Origin: Vulcanimicrobiota bacterium
GTDB taxonomy: Bacteria; Vulcanimicrobiota; Vulcanimicrobiia; Vulcanimicrobiales; Vulcanimicrobiaceae
Direction of reading: 5' to 3'
Length of the DNA stretch: 64,000 nucleotides
Assembly (NCBI GenBank): GCA_963812155.1
Contig: CAWETW010000001.1
Span: 96,001 to 160,000 of the forward strand
Numbering within the stretch: position 1 is the stretch's first letter; each line of letters starts with the position of its first letter. This document shows positions 41,503 through 50,971 of this stretch, piece after piece. The notes below the pieces were generated by a model. That model was not told where the DNA came from, did not search any database, and saw only the letters and a program-made list of their open reading frames with translations. Both the position numbers and the translations under genes were made by a program.

Positions 41503-42947
41503 TTACGGGTTGAGGCAGGGGTGTACCGCTCCGTGTCCGTTGAGAGCTTTCAAAACGGCTTTGTGGAAGGTCGCGCTCAACGGTGCGTATTCGAGCTTGT
41601 TGATGAGCGCGCTTGCGGGTTTCGACGTGAGGTAGTTAACGAGCGTCTTCAAGTCGCCGTACTTCGGGTTGTTCTTTTCGTAGAACAGCCCGTAGCGTGA
41701 GGCCGACGATCGGGTAGTCGCTCGAGGGCGGCGAAACGAACGTGCTCTGCGGTACGAACAGGATGCACTCCGGGCGCGAGCTGCCGCACGTCGCGAGATC
41801 GTTGCACTCGCCGAAGTGGATGGCCGCGTTCGTAACGCCCGCCAGAGCGCCCTTGATCGCGGCTTTGTTGGTCGGATCGACGAAGGCCGTGCCGGTTCCC
41901 TGAAGGATCGCTTGACTGACTTTCGGGTTGGCCGACTTCGCATACGCGCCTTCGACGTACCCGGTCCCGTATTTGGTGGATTGCACGCCGGCGAGAACGC
42001 CGGGGTTGCCGCTGGCACCCTCGTAGGTGCCGCCGCCCGGTCCTACTTGCCCGGTCTGAAGGCCCGGCCAGCTGCCGGTCGACGGTCCGAACGTCCACTG
42101 GGCGCTATGACCGGTCGATTCGTAGGGCAGCGGAATTGTAGGGCGCCGGCCAGCTGCTGCCGCACGCCGATTGGAGCTTCGTGACGAAGATTTGCGTCGT
42201 TCCGCTGCCGTCGGAACGGAAGTAGAACGTTATCGGCGCCGAAACGCCGCCGGTCACCGAGCCGCCGTTGTCGGCGGTGATGGCCGGATCGTTCCAGTCG
42301 CCAACGGTTCCTTCGGCGATCGCGCAGTAGGTCCAGGTCGAGAGCTTGACGTGGCTGACGCTGAAGTCTCCCGGACGGTAGCCGAAAACGATCGGTCCGC
42401 CCAGCGTCGGGAACATGAAGGGCTCGCCCTGCGTCGACTTACGATTAGCGGCGTAGACGCCGTATTCGGTCGAGCTGATCATAACGTCGCTGGCGTCGAA
42501 GTCGATCGGGTCGGTCCGTCCGCCGAAACCCGTAGCCGTGTCGCCGAGTCCGGCGCACGCGGCCGTACCGCTCAAGCGACCCGGATCGCCGTCGAACTGC
42601 TTGCGGCCTGCACCGCTGCCGGTCAAGCAGTAGAAGATCGTGCCGACTCCGCCGTACTGGGCGAAGAGCGAGTTGGATCCCGGCGGCGCTTGCGGCTGGT
42701 TGAACGTGCCGACGGGTTGGCTTGCGGTATTGTATGCCTGTGCCGGGAACGTTGCGCCGCCGGCGTGGAGGCTCGAGGGGCCGTTGTCATTGGATTTCAT
42801 GTGGCCGCCCGGTTGATTGCTTTGAGCCGACGCGGCGTTCGGTATCGTTCCCATACCGGTCGTGCCGTTAGCGGAGCTGCCGTTACACGCGCTCAGCGCG
42901 AGCGCACATACGACAGCCGACGCCATGATGGCGAGGGTCTTATTCAT
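41503..42947 (-). CDS. pstS: PstS/DING-like phosphate-binding lipoprotein; two apparent frameshifts (~42128, ~41695)
   Basis: Lipobox LSAC; GGATFPA, TGSGAG, DASD, WNDPAI, RSDGSGTT, GNPGV, GYVE, YPIVG motifs over three frames. Confidence 0.8.
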
Positions 42948-43006
42948 CGTTAACGTATCCTTATAAGGCGTGTGAGTTAGACACGTGGGCCGGGCGCATG
43001 TAGCCT

Positions 43007-45001
43007 TCATGGGTGCATGCGTCCGTTTCTAACCGGCCGCGCCGCGACGCGGTCGGAACTTGGTGCGACGAACACCGCGATGGGTGCGTTGAGACCCGTC
43101 GCGGCCCCGGCGATGCGATGCGTCGGCTTGACCGTTCCGCCCTTACCCGACGAGAACGTACCGATCGCATTGTTGAAATCGTCGGCGACGAAGAGCGTCG
43201 AGCCGTAGAGCGCGATTTCGGGGAAGTACGGCTGGAGCAAACTTGTGAACGAGACGCAGTCCGGATTCTGCGTGTAGACACCGTCGAGCGTCAGCGTGCG
43301 CAGCGGCGGCTCGTCCGTGACGCCCGAGTCCGCGCCGGCCGCATAGACGTTGACCTTCCCCTGGCACGACGTGTTGCTGCTAGGGTTCGAGACGAGTTGC
43401 GTCGCCACGAGAATCTCACCGCTGGAATCGATCCCCACGTTTGACGTTTGGAACGGCGTCAATTTCGTCACGTCGTCCCACGGGATCGTGCGCGATGGAT
43501 TGGCTTGCGGATTGCCGATGTCCGCGGCGGCCGCGACGAAGATGCCGAAGCTCGGTCCGAGCGAGCCGTGAAGCGCACCCGCGTAGTACACGTTACCCGA
43601 AGCGTCGAGGGCGAGTCCGGTCGGACCCGCGTACGGGCCGCCGTACGAGATCGTCGGGAACGCGAAGTCGAGTCCGCTTTGCGGGGGCGTCATTCCCGTT
43701 GCGCCCTTCGGATACGTCAGCACGGCATCGCCCGCGTTGCGATCGACCGACGTGGCGCCGTAAGTGACGAGCCCACCGGCTGCGTTGAGCGCGCCGAAGA
43801 GCGGATAGAGCAGCGTGCTCGTGCTCGGATCGGCGACGAGGGTGCTTACCGGCTGATCGTTTCCGCTGGCGCCGGGCGCGAAGATTGCGACCAGATTACC
43901 GCTGTCCGGCAAGTTCGAACCATCGAATCCGAACTCGGAATCGAAGTACCCGACGTCGAGGTTGCCGGCTCCATCGACGACGATGCTGCGCGCGTAGAGT
44001 TTCGGATTCAAATTCAGCGTGCGCAACGGCGCAACGTTCCCGTTGGCGTTTCCGTCGTACTCGGTCACGGTGGCGCCGAGGCCGTTCTTAGCGCCCATAT
44101 TCAGCACGTAGATCGTTCCCGGCGGCGGCGGCGGTCTGTGCCCTTGCAGAACGAACGGCGCGTTGACGCCGGGATCGCTCGGAGCCGTCGCGGCCAGCGT
44201 GATCGACGACGCTTGTGGGTTGCCATCGTAGGAAAGCGTGATGCCCGATAGCGGCTTTTCGATAGAGAGCGAAGATCCCGACGCGCCCGCGCCGTGCAAT
44301 GTGAACGAATGCGTTGCGTCGCCCTGGATGCTCAGTTCGATCGGCGATTGGTAGTTGCTCGCGCCGACGATCTGCGCTCCGCTCGCATCGAACGCGTGCA
44401 GCGTCACGCCGGCGGTCGCCGGGTCGCCGCGCTTGGCGCGATTCGGCGAGATCGCCACCGACAGACTTGCGATCACGCCGTCGATTGCGATCGACAGCTC
44501 GTCGCTGATCGGGAGTCCTCCGCCGCCTTTGCCGATTTGAACCGAAGCCGTGCCGACCGAAAGGATCGCGCCCGTCGCGTTCACGGCGCCGTACGTCGCG
44601 ACGTTGAAGACGTCGGCGCCGGGCGAACCTTGAATGGTCGCCGTGCAGACGGTGTCGTTGCCGCGCACTTTGCAGTTGTGCGAGTTCGGCGTCGTGTTGA
44701 CGACCGAGGCGCTGACGCCGCTGACGCCGTTGCCGTCCACGGATGCGAGCTGCACGGAGACCGATTGCGTGTTCGGCGAAATGTACGAGGGATGCATTAG
44801 GTGCGGTCGACCCGTCGCCGAAACGGAAACGGTGAGCTGGACGGCGACCAGCTGCGTCGGGGGCGGCGCGTGTCCGCCGGTCGAGCCGACGAACGACCCG
44901 AACGGCGTGTTCGATCCGCCGCCGCATGCGACCAAGCACGCGGATGCAACCGCAGACGTGCAGCCGGCGGCGAGACGGCGAATCGCTTTGTGCGCGATCA
45001 C
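43007..45001 (-). CDS. Large lipoprotein (Ig-like N-terminus plus beta-propeller)
   Basis: GTG 45001 overlapping upstream TGA; lipobox LVAC; PSYISPNTQS, AFDASGAQIVG, GLALDASGNVY, TGLNAPIAV. Confidence 0.78.
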   Translation of the reverse strand: MIAHKAIRRLAAGCTSAVASACLVACGGGSNTPFGSFVGSTGGHAPPPTQLVAVQLTVSVSATGRPHLMHPSYISPNTQSVSVQLASVDGNGVSGVSASVVNTTPNSHNCKVRGNDTVCTATIQGSPGADVFNVATYGAVNATGAILSVGTASVQIGKGGGGLPISDELSIAIDGVIASLSVAISPNRAKRGDPATAGVTLHAFDASGAQIVGASNYQSPIELSIQGDATHSFTLHGAGASGSSLSIEKPLSGITLSYDGNPQASSITLAATAPSDPGVNAPFVLQGHRPPPPPGTIYVLNMGAKNGLGATVTEYDGNANGNVAPLRTLNLNPKLYARSIVVDGAGNLDVGYFDSEFGFDGSNLPDSGNLVAIFAPGASGNDQPVSTLVADPSTSTLLYPLFGALNAAGGLVTYGATSVDRNAGDAVLTYPKGATGMTPPQSGLDFAFPTISYGGPYAGPTGLALDASGNVYYAGALHGSLGPSFGIFVAAAADIGNPQANPSRTIPWDDVTKLTPFQTSNVGIDSSGEILVATQLVSNPSSNTSCQGKVNVYAAGADSGVTDEPPLRTLTLDGVYTQNPDCVSFTSLLQPYFPEIALYGSTLFVADDFNNAIGTFSSGKGGTVKPTHRIAGAATGLNAPIAVFVAPSSDRVAARPVRNGRMHP

Positions 45002-46201
45002 GGATACGTCCCGTTCAGAATGTCGGAGGTCGTGACGTCCGCCTGGCCGTTGCTTCCGCGAATGCGCGGCAGTTGCGCCAGATTCTGGGGATAGGAAGCT
45101 TCGTACGCCGGGTAGTCGGTGCCGGCAGCGTAGACTTGATAGCTGCCTTCGGGGCAAATCGTTGCGCTCGGCTGTCCCGTGCTCGTCTGGGGGCCGATGT
45201 CGTCGGGCAGCGTGAGTTGGGAGAAGCCGGCGTGCGTGGCGACCATCGTATAGTATGCATCGTTGGTGTGTGCGAGGGTGCAGTCGCCGGGTGTCCCGCT
45301 ATTGCGCAGCGCCTTGACGACGATTAGCGCTTCGGTCGCGCCGCCGGGAACCCGCACGGTGACCTTCCCGCCGCCTTTTCCGTCGGCCGCAAACGCCGGG
45401 ATTGGGAACGCAGGCAGCCCGCTGAGATCCGAGAGTTGCGCGCTGACGGCAAGGACGCCCGGCGGCGGCGTGGGCGAGCCGCCCGGATTGGGGCTCGGCG
45501 TCGGATTCTGCGGCGTCGTAAATGCCGGCGGCACGGCGGCGTAGAGGTGATAGACGCCGATGACCGGTTGCACCGCAAAGTCGGTAAAGCCCAGCGAGTA
45601 GCCTTGCCACCCGAGCGCGAGCACCGCCGGATCTGCCTGCGGAAACGCCGGCGGTCCGCCGTAAAAGACCTCTTGGTCTTGGACGTTGTTGTACACGGGC
45701 AAGCTAAAGGCTTGAAAGACCGGCGACGTGCCGTTGACCGGCCCCGAATCGGAGTTACACGGACAGAATCCGTACCCGAACGCCCCCGTTGTCGACGCCT
45801 TCTGGCCCCGCGTGCCGCGCGTCCACTGCGGCTGGTTCAGCGTCGACCACGTGATGTGATTCGTACCGAAATCGGAACCGGCCGACTGCACGTCGCTTCC
45901 CGTTTCGGTGGACGTGAGCACGTTGAAACTCGTCGGGCCGATGATCTGCGGAACGTTATACAGCGTGCCCGAGAGACCGTCGGCCTGACGCAGCGTCAGC
46001 ACCGTGTTGAGCCCATGCGCGACGCTCTGACCGTTGTTGTACGACAGCGTCGCGACTCCGACCGCGAACTGCAGTTTGCTCGTCGACGGCCGGATCGAGC
46101 GACGTCACCGGCGGCTCCGACGCGCCGCCGTTGCCGCAGCCCACCGCGATGGCCGGCAGGCTCAGCGCTGCAGCGATGATGAGAAAACTCGGCAGTCTCA
46201 T
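44998..46201 (-). CDS. Hypothetical lipoprotein; one apparent frameshift ~46090
   Basis: Lipobox AVGC in the 81-aa ORF, continuing (SKLQFAVGVAT...GLNTVLTLRQ) in the 334-aa ORF; overlaps TBDR stop. Confidence 0.72.
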
Positions 46202-49200
46202 AAGAGCACCTGATAGTAGAGCCGGAACGAAATCGGCGGCTCGTTGGGATAGGTGAGATACGGTTGCGAACCGTGCGCCGTCACGTCCGGCGGCGAGTAC
46301 TGCGGCGTCGAGAACGTGCAGGGCGACGAGCCGTTGGTCAGCCCGGTCGTCACCGGATTGCCGTAACAGCCGTTGACGATGGGCACGTTGTAGAGCTGGT
46401 TGAACAGGTTCTGCACTTGCAGTCCGAACGTCGATTTAGCGAGCTTTCCGGCAGGCGGGCTGTACTCGAAAGTGAGGTCGGCATTGACGCGCGGCGTCGT
46501 AAGGAACCCGCCGGGCAGGCCGCTTTCGTGAATGCCGCGCGTGGCGGCGATATTCGGCTTGGTGCACGAACCCGGATCGAGCGGATCGATGTAGCCGGGC
46601 GTCTGCGAGTAGATCACCGAGAGCGCCGTGTTGGGGACGATCACCGGGATGCCGTTACAATACACGGCCGTGTAGTAGCCGCCGCCGTAGGGATAACCGA
46701 CGTTGAAACCGATCACCGGATTGATGCGCCAGCCCTTGATCGTCTTATAGTCGAACGCCGCATTCATCTGAAACGGCGAGAGATCGGGCGAGCGATACGT
46801 CACGCCGAGCGCCAGCGCCGCCGGCTGGAGAAACGCACCCGGCGGTTCGTTGCCGAACTGACTGATGTACGTCGCGCCGATCTGCATCGACAGCCCGAGC
46901 GGCGACTCTCTGTTGTACAGCAGCTCGACTCCGGCGGCTTTTTGAATGCCGAGATTCGAGTACTGCACGTTCCCGTACACCGGGGTTCCGGTGTCGGCGT
47001 TGAAGCCGATGATCGACGCCGTCTGTTCGATGACGTTGTAGCCGCGGCGGTAGAACGGTGTCACCTTCACGGCGGAACCGTCCTTGAACTCGTGTGCCCA
47101 CGACAGATCGACGTTGGTGAAGGTCGCGCCGACGAGTGGCGCTTCCAGCGTCGAAGCGCCGAAGCGGTAGTCGCGCGTCAGCCAATACAACTGGTCGGCG
47201 TAGCTCGTGCACGTTTGGTTGACGTGCGGACCGCAATACTGCGCCGCCTGACCGGTCGTGTTGTCGTACGACGGGATGTGCGCGTATGCCTGATACGGAA
47301 TCTGACTCACGTCGGCGCCGAGCTGGCTCGGCAGCGGCACCGAGAGGGTATGACCGAAACCGAAGCGGATCGTGTCGCGCGCGTCGGGGGCGTACGAGAC
47401 GTCGAAGTGCGGCTCGTAGAGCCGCTGGTGCTGCACCGCGCCGACGGTCGGCGGCGCGCCCGCTTGCGTCGGAATCGCAAAGTTGTAGCCGTCGAGCCGT
47501 AGGCCCAGTTCGGTCTTCCACTTGTTCGACATGTCGATCGTGTCTTGCGCGTACAGACCGTAGATCTGCTGCGAAACCGTCGCGACGTCTTGCTCGTACG
47601 GAAAGCGCACGCCCTTGGGAAAATACGAACTCAGATAGCCGCAGTTGAGCGACATGCGCAGCTGCTGGCAGACCGGCTGTGAAAAGAAATCCTGTTCGAG
47701 GCCGCTCGGTACCGACGGGTTATTATTTGGAATCAGTCCGGTGTAGGTATAAGGGAGCGGCAGCGGTTGATTCGGATGCGTGATCGCGTACGTCACGATG
47801 AACTCCGGCACCGTGAACGCCGTGTACGACGTGTAGTCGAAGCGATCGCCGAACGGCCGGGCGAACTCGTAAATCGCGCCCGCTTTGATCGTGTGCTTCG
47901 AACCGACCTGCGTGATCGTGTCGATCTGGCCGGCGGTGCGGTTGCCGCCGTACGGCGACGCGAAGATGCCTTGTGCCGGCATGTCCTGCGACTGCTGCTG
48001 GAACGTGCGCCAGTAGCGTGCCGTCAGTTGCGACGAGCTTCCAATGTTCGTGCCGTATTCCAACTTATAGGCCAGGAACGGGCTTTGCAGCGTATCCGGC
48101 GAGGAAACGAATGCGTAGGTATTGGGCTGGCCCGGAAAGAGCGGGATGAGGTTGTTGCACGCGAAGTTCTGCGATGGCGAGTTGACCGGTTGGCCGCCCG
48201 GACCGATCACCGGGAAGCTCGAGCACTTTCCGGACGTCGAACCGCCGGAGATGTACGGCAGAAATTGAAATCCGCCGTAATCGAGCTTCTGCGTGATCTG
48301 TTGATCCTGGATGAAAAACTGCAGCCGCTGTCCCTGGTTTTTGCCGAAACGCCAAATCAGGTTGTCGACAAAGTCGTTCGTCGAAAGAAACTGCGGCGCG
48401 TAGTAGACGAGGTTCGGATCGATGACGCTCCCGAGCGTCGCGGCATTGGTCCCCAGCGTTCCCAGCGTGTTGGCCGCCGTACCGGGAATGCCGTACTGAT
48501 AGTTTTTTCGCACGCCGATGAAGCCGGCGTAGTTCGAAAGGCGCTGTTTGGGATCGGCCCAGCCCCATTCGAGACCCAACTGATGCAGGTACGGGAACAC
48601 CAGCGCTTCGGTATCGACGTGTACGTACTGCGGATTTGTGCCGTGTTTGGCCGTGAAGAGCACGAGGCCCGTGCCGGTGTTGCCGTGGGTGGCGTCGCCG
48701 CCGCCGGGGATCAACTGCACGGCGCCCACCCCGTTGAGCAAGTTGAAGTTGCCGACGTTCTGCAGCGTGTTCTGGAGATTGGCGTTGGGCGTCGTGTAGT
48801 CGATGCCTTCGAACTCGTAGGCTGCCTCGAACGCGAACCCGCCACGGATCGAAACCGTTCCGCTCTTGTCGATCGTTACGCTCGGGATGCTGCGCAGCAA
48901 CTGCGTCTGGTCGGTGTTGAACTGCTTACCCTGCACCATGGTGATTTGGTTACCGGTCACGGTGTAGGTGTCGATCGTCATGCCGTGCTGAAAAGCGCTG
49001 CCGGCCGAGCGTGCCCGCGTGGTGGCAATCGTCTTGAGCGACGTCGATAGCGATACGTTGACGCTCTGCTGGGAGCCGTTGATCACGACGACGATCGTCG
49101 AAAACGGGGCGTATCCCGTATGGGTGAACGAGAGCGAATAGTTGTCGGGCAGCATGCTCAAGAAACGGTAGCGTCCTTGGGCATCCGTTGCCGTCCGGTA

Positions 49201-49389
49201 CGTAGCACTCGGCGATTTGGCCACGATCGCGACGCCCGCCACGGGTGCGTGCGAGCGGTCGTCAGTCACCGTGCCCGAAACGAGACCGCCGGTTTCGGCG
49301 ATTGCATTGGATGAAGAAAGAAAGACGAAGAAACCCAAGACGAAGACGCTTTTCACCCGCAACAGGGTACGAATCAACGGCGGCTCCAT
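46198..49389 (-). CDS. TonB-dependent receptor (Oar/SusC-like, N-terminal carboxypeptidase-regulatory-like domain)
   Basis: VSGTVTD...TDAQGRYRF...YSLSFTHTGY domain, plug LLRSIPSV/SIRGG, barrel motifs GLYAQDT, LGLRLD, VQNLFNQ; 1063 aa. Confidence 0.88.
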   Translation of the reverse strand: MEPPLIRTLLRVKSVFVLGFFVFLSSSNAIAETGGLVSGTVTDDRSHAPVAGVAIVAKSPSATYRTATDAQGRYRFLSMLPDNYSLSFTHTGYAPFSTIVVVINGSQQSVNVSLSTSLKTIATTRARSAGSAFQHGMTIDTYTVTGNQITMVQGKQFNTDQTQLLRSIPSVTIDKSGTVSIRGGFAFEAAYEFEGIDYTTPNANLQNTLQNVGNFNLLNGVGAVQLIPGGGDATHGNTGTGLVLFTAKHGTNPQYVHVDTEALVFPYLHQLGLEWGWADPKQRLSNYAGFIGVRKNYQYGIPGTAANTLGTLGTNAATLGSVIDPNLVYYAPQFLSTNDFVDNLIWRFGKNQGQRLQFFIQDQQITQKLDYGGFQFLPYISGGSTSGKCSSFPVIGPGGQPVNSPSQNFACNNLIPLFPGQPNTYAFVSSPDTLQSPFLAYKLEYGTNIGSSSQLTARYWRTFQQQSQDMPAQGIFASPYGGNRTAGQIDTITQVGSKHTIKAGAIYEFARPFGDRFDYTSYTAFTVPEFIVTYAITHPNQPLPLPYTYTGLIPNNNPSVPSGLEQDFFSQPVCQQLRMSLNCGYLSSYFPKGVRFPYEQDVATVSQQIYGLYAQDTIDMSNKWKTELGLRLDGYNFAIPTQAGAPPTVGAVQHQRLYEPHFDVSYAPDARDTIRFGFGHTLSVPLPSQLGADVSQIPYQAYAHIPSYDNTTGQAAQYCGPHVNQTCTSYADQLYWLTRDYRFGASTLEAPLVGATFTNVDLSWAHEFKDGSAVKVTPFYRRGYNVIEQTASIIGFNADTGTPVYGNVQYSNLGIQKAAGVELLYNRESPLGLSMQIGATYISQFGNEPPGAFLQPAALALGVTYRSPDLSPFQMNAAFDYKTIKGWRINPVIGFNVGYPYGGGYYTAVYCNGIPVIVPNTALSVIYSQTPGYIDPLDPGSCTKPNIAATRGIHESGLPGGFLTTPRVNADLTFEYSPPAGKLAKSTFGLQVQNLFNQLYNVPIVNGCYGNPVTTGLTNGSSPCTFSTPQYSPPDVTAHGSQPYLTYPNEPPISFRLYYQVLL

Positions 49390-49579
49390 AGAAACGCGAG
49401 GCGTGAAGAGGCGCGAGATGGTCCAACGCTTCTCATCCCGACTCTACGCGGGCGCAGCACCGGGCCGCATCCCGGACGAAAACCAAAACGTTAATGGAAT
49501 GGCGGTTTTGATTACGGCGCCTTAAGACAATTTCGCCTCGCGTTAACAAATGGTGCGCGTGTCCGGTACTGCGGCACCG

Positions 49580-50860
49580 CTACTCGGCGGCCGGACTGCT
49601 CAGGTCGACGATTTGCCAGCGCGAGCGCAGGCCGAGGCGCGAAAGGATCGAGCTGACGTGACGCTCGACGGTGTGTTCGCTGATCTGCAGGGTGTGGGCG
49701 ACCTCGCGATTCGAGGCGCCGCGGCGAATGAGATGCGCCACTTGACGCTCGCGCCCCGTCAGCGAGAGGGCGCTCGGACGGCGCCGCGGCGGCGCCGAAT
49801 CGGCGGCGTGGTCGTGCACGAGCAGGTTCATGGCCTCGTCGGTCCAGCACCGCAAACCCATCGCGTCGAACGCGCGCGCAGCGTCGCCGGCGCTGTCGAC
49901 GGCATCGGAACGCTTTCCGAATCGCGCGCACCAATGCGCGCGTGCGAGCAAATAATGCGCGTAGAGGTACGGCCGGCGCGGAGCAAACGCCGCCCGCAGT
50001 CCGTCGAGGCCGAAACCGGCGTCGTCGGCGTCGCCGAACCGGGCCGCGAGCGAGAAGAGTTCGGGAGCCACGGACGCATTGTCGCAGCGCACCAGCGCGC
50101 GACGCAGCGCGGCCGAGGGAAGTGCGCCGCCGCCCACGCCGGCGGCATGCACGCAGGCGACCGCCGCGCCGATGGACGATGGAATTTCGAACGCGTTGAG
50201 CGCGACGTCGAGAATTTCCGGCGATGTCCAGGTTTGCAGCGCGGCGGCGTCACCGTTGGCCAGTGCCAGCCGCACGCCCACCGGCGCAAAGAGCGCGCGC
50301 ACCCCGGCGCTCTGCGCCGCCGCCTCGGACGTGAGGCGTTCGGCTCGCGCGAAGTCGCCTACCCCGACGGCAAGCGTTGCGATCGTCGCCGCGGCGACCC
50401 TCCTCCACTCGTGCAAACCGTGCTGGGCCGCGAGGTCGAACGTCGCCGCGCCGCCGGCGTGCGCTTCCACGAGATTTCCGAAGAGCAGCGCGTGGTGCGC
50501 GATTCGCTCGTGTAACGCTGCGGCCAGATGGGGTGCCTCCGACGGCACCGCGCCGGCGCCGTCACGCCAAGAGCGCAGCGTCTCGGTTTCATCTCCCGTC
50601 CACGAGTTTGCGATCGCCGCAGCGGCGTGATCGAACCACTGCGCTCCGCCGGAAAGCGTTTCGAGATAGCCGTTCCCGCGGCCGTTGGCACCGAGCAGGT
50701 GCGGATCGATCGCCGCTGCCATCGCCTTCTCGGCACCCGCGAGGGCGAAGATGCCGGCGGAAAACCGTCGCAGTTCCTCCACCGCGCCGGCAACTGCCGT
50801 GCACGCGGCCGTGAGCCGAGCCTGCGCTAGCATTGCGTGAACTCGATCCGCGCCGGTCAT
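49580..50860 (-). CDS. LuxR-family transcriptional regulator (C-terminal HTH)
   Basis: LTGRERQVAHLIRRGASNREVAHTLQISEHTVERHVSSILSRLG. Confidence 0.88.
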   Translation of the reverse strand: MTGADRVHAMLAQARLTAACTAVAGAVEELRRFSAGIFALAGAEKAMAAAIDPHLLGANGRGNGYLETLSGGAQWFDHAAAAIANSWTGDETETLRSWRDGAGAVPSEAPHLAAALHERIAHHALLFGNLVEAHAGGAATFDLAAQHGLHEWRRVAAATIATLAVGVGDFARAERLTSEAAAQSAGVRALFAPVGVRLALANGDAAALQTWTSPEILDVALNAFEIPSSIGAAVACVHAAGVGGGALPSAALRRALVRCDNASVAPELFSLAARFGDADDAGFGLDGLRAAFAPRRPYLYAHYLLARAHWCARFGKRSDAVDSAGDAARAFDAMGLRCWTDEAMNLLVHDHAADSAPPRRRPSALSLTGRERQVAHLIRRGASNREVAHTLQISEHTVERHVSSILSRLGLRSRWQIVDLSSPAAE

Positions 50861-50971
50861 TTGGGCCAGATGCTAGCAGGCTACCATTAAGCCCCGATTA
50901 CGGCGGGCGGCGGAGCGAGCCCAGCGTTCGGCATGACCCGGCGCCAAGCGCGCGGAACGCTGGGCGGACCC

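Noticed and set aside
50880..50971. T-box riboswitch before valS
   Set aside because: No GGTGGNACCGCG T-box consensus or recognisable specifier loop, and the leader is too short
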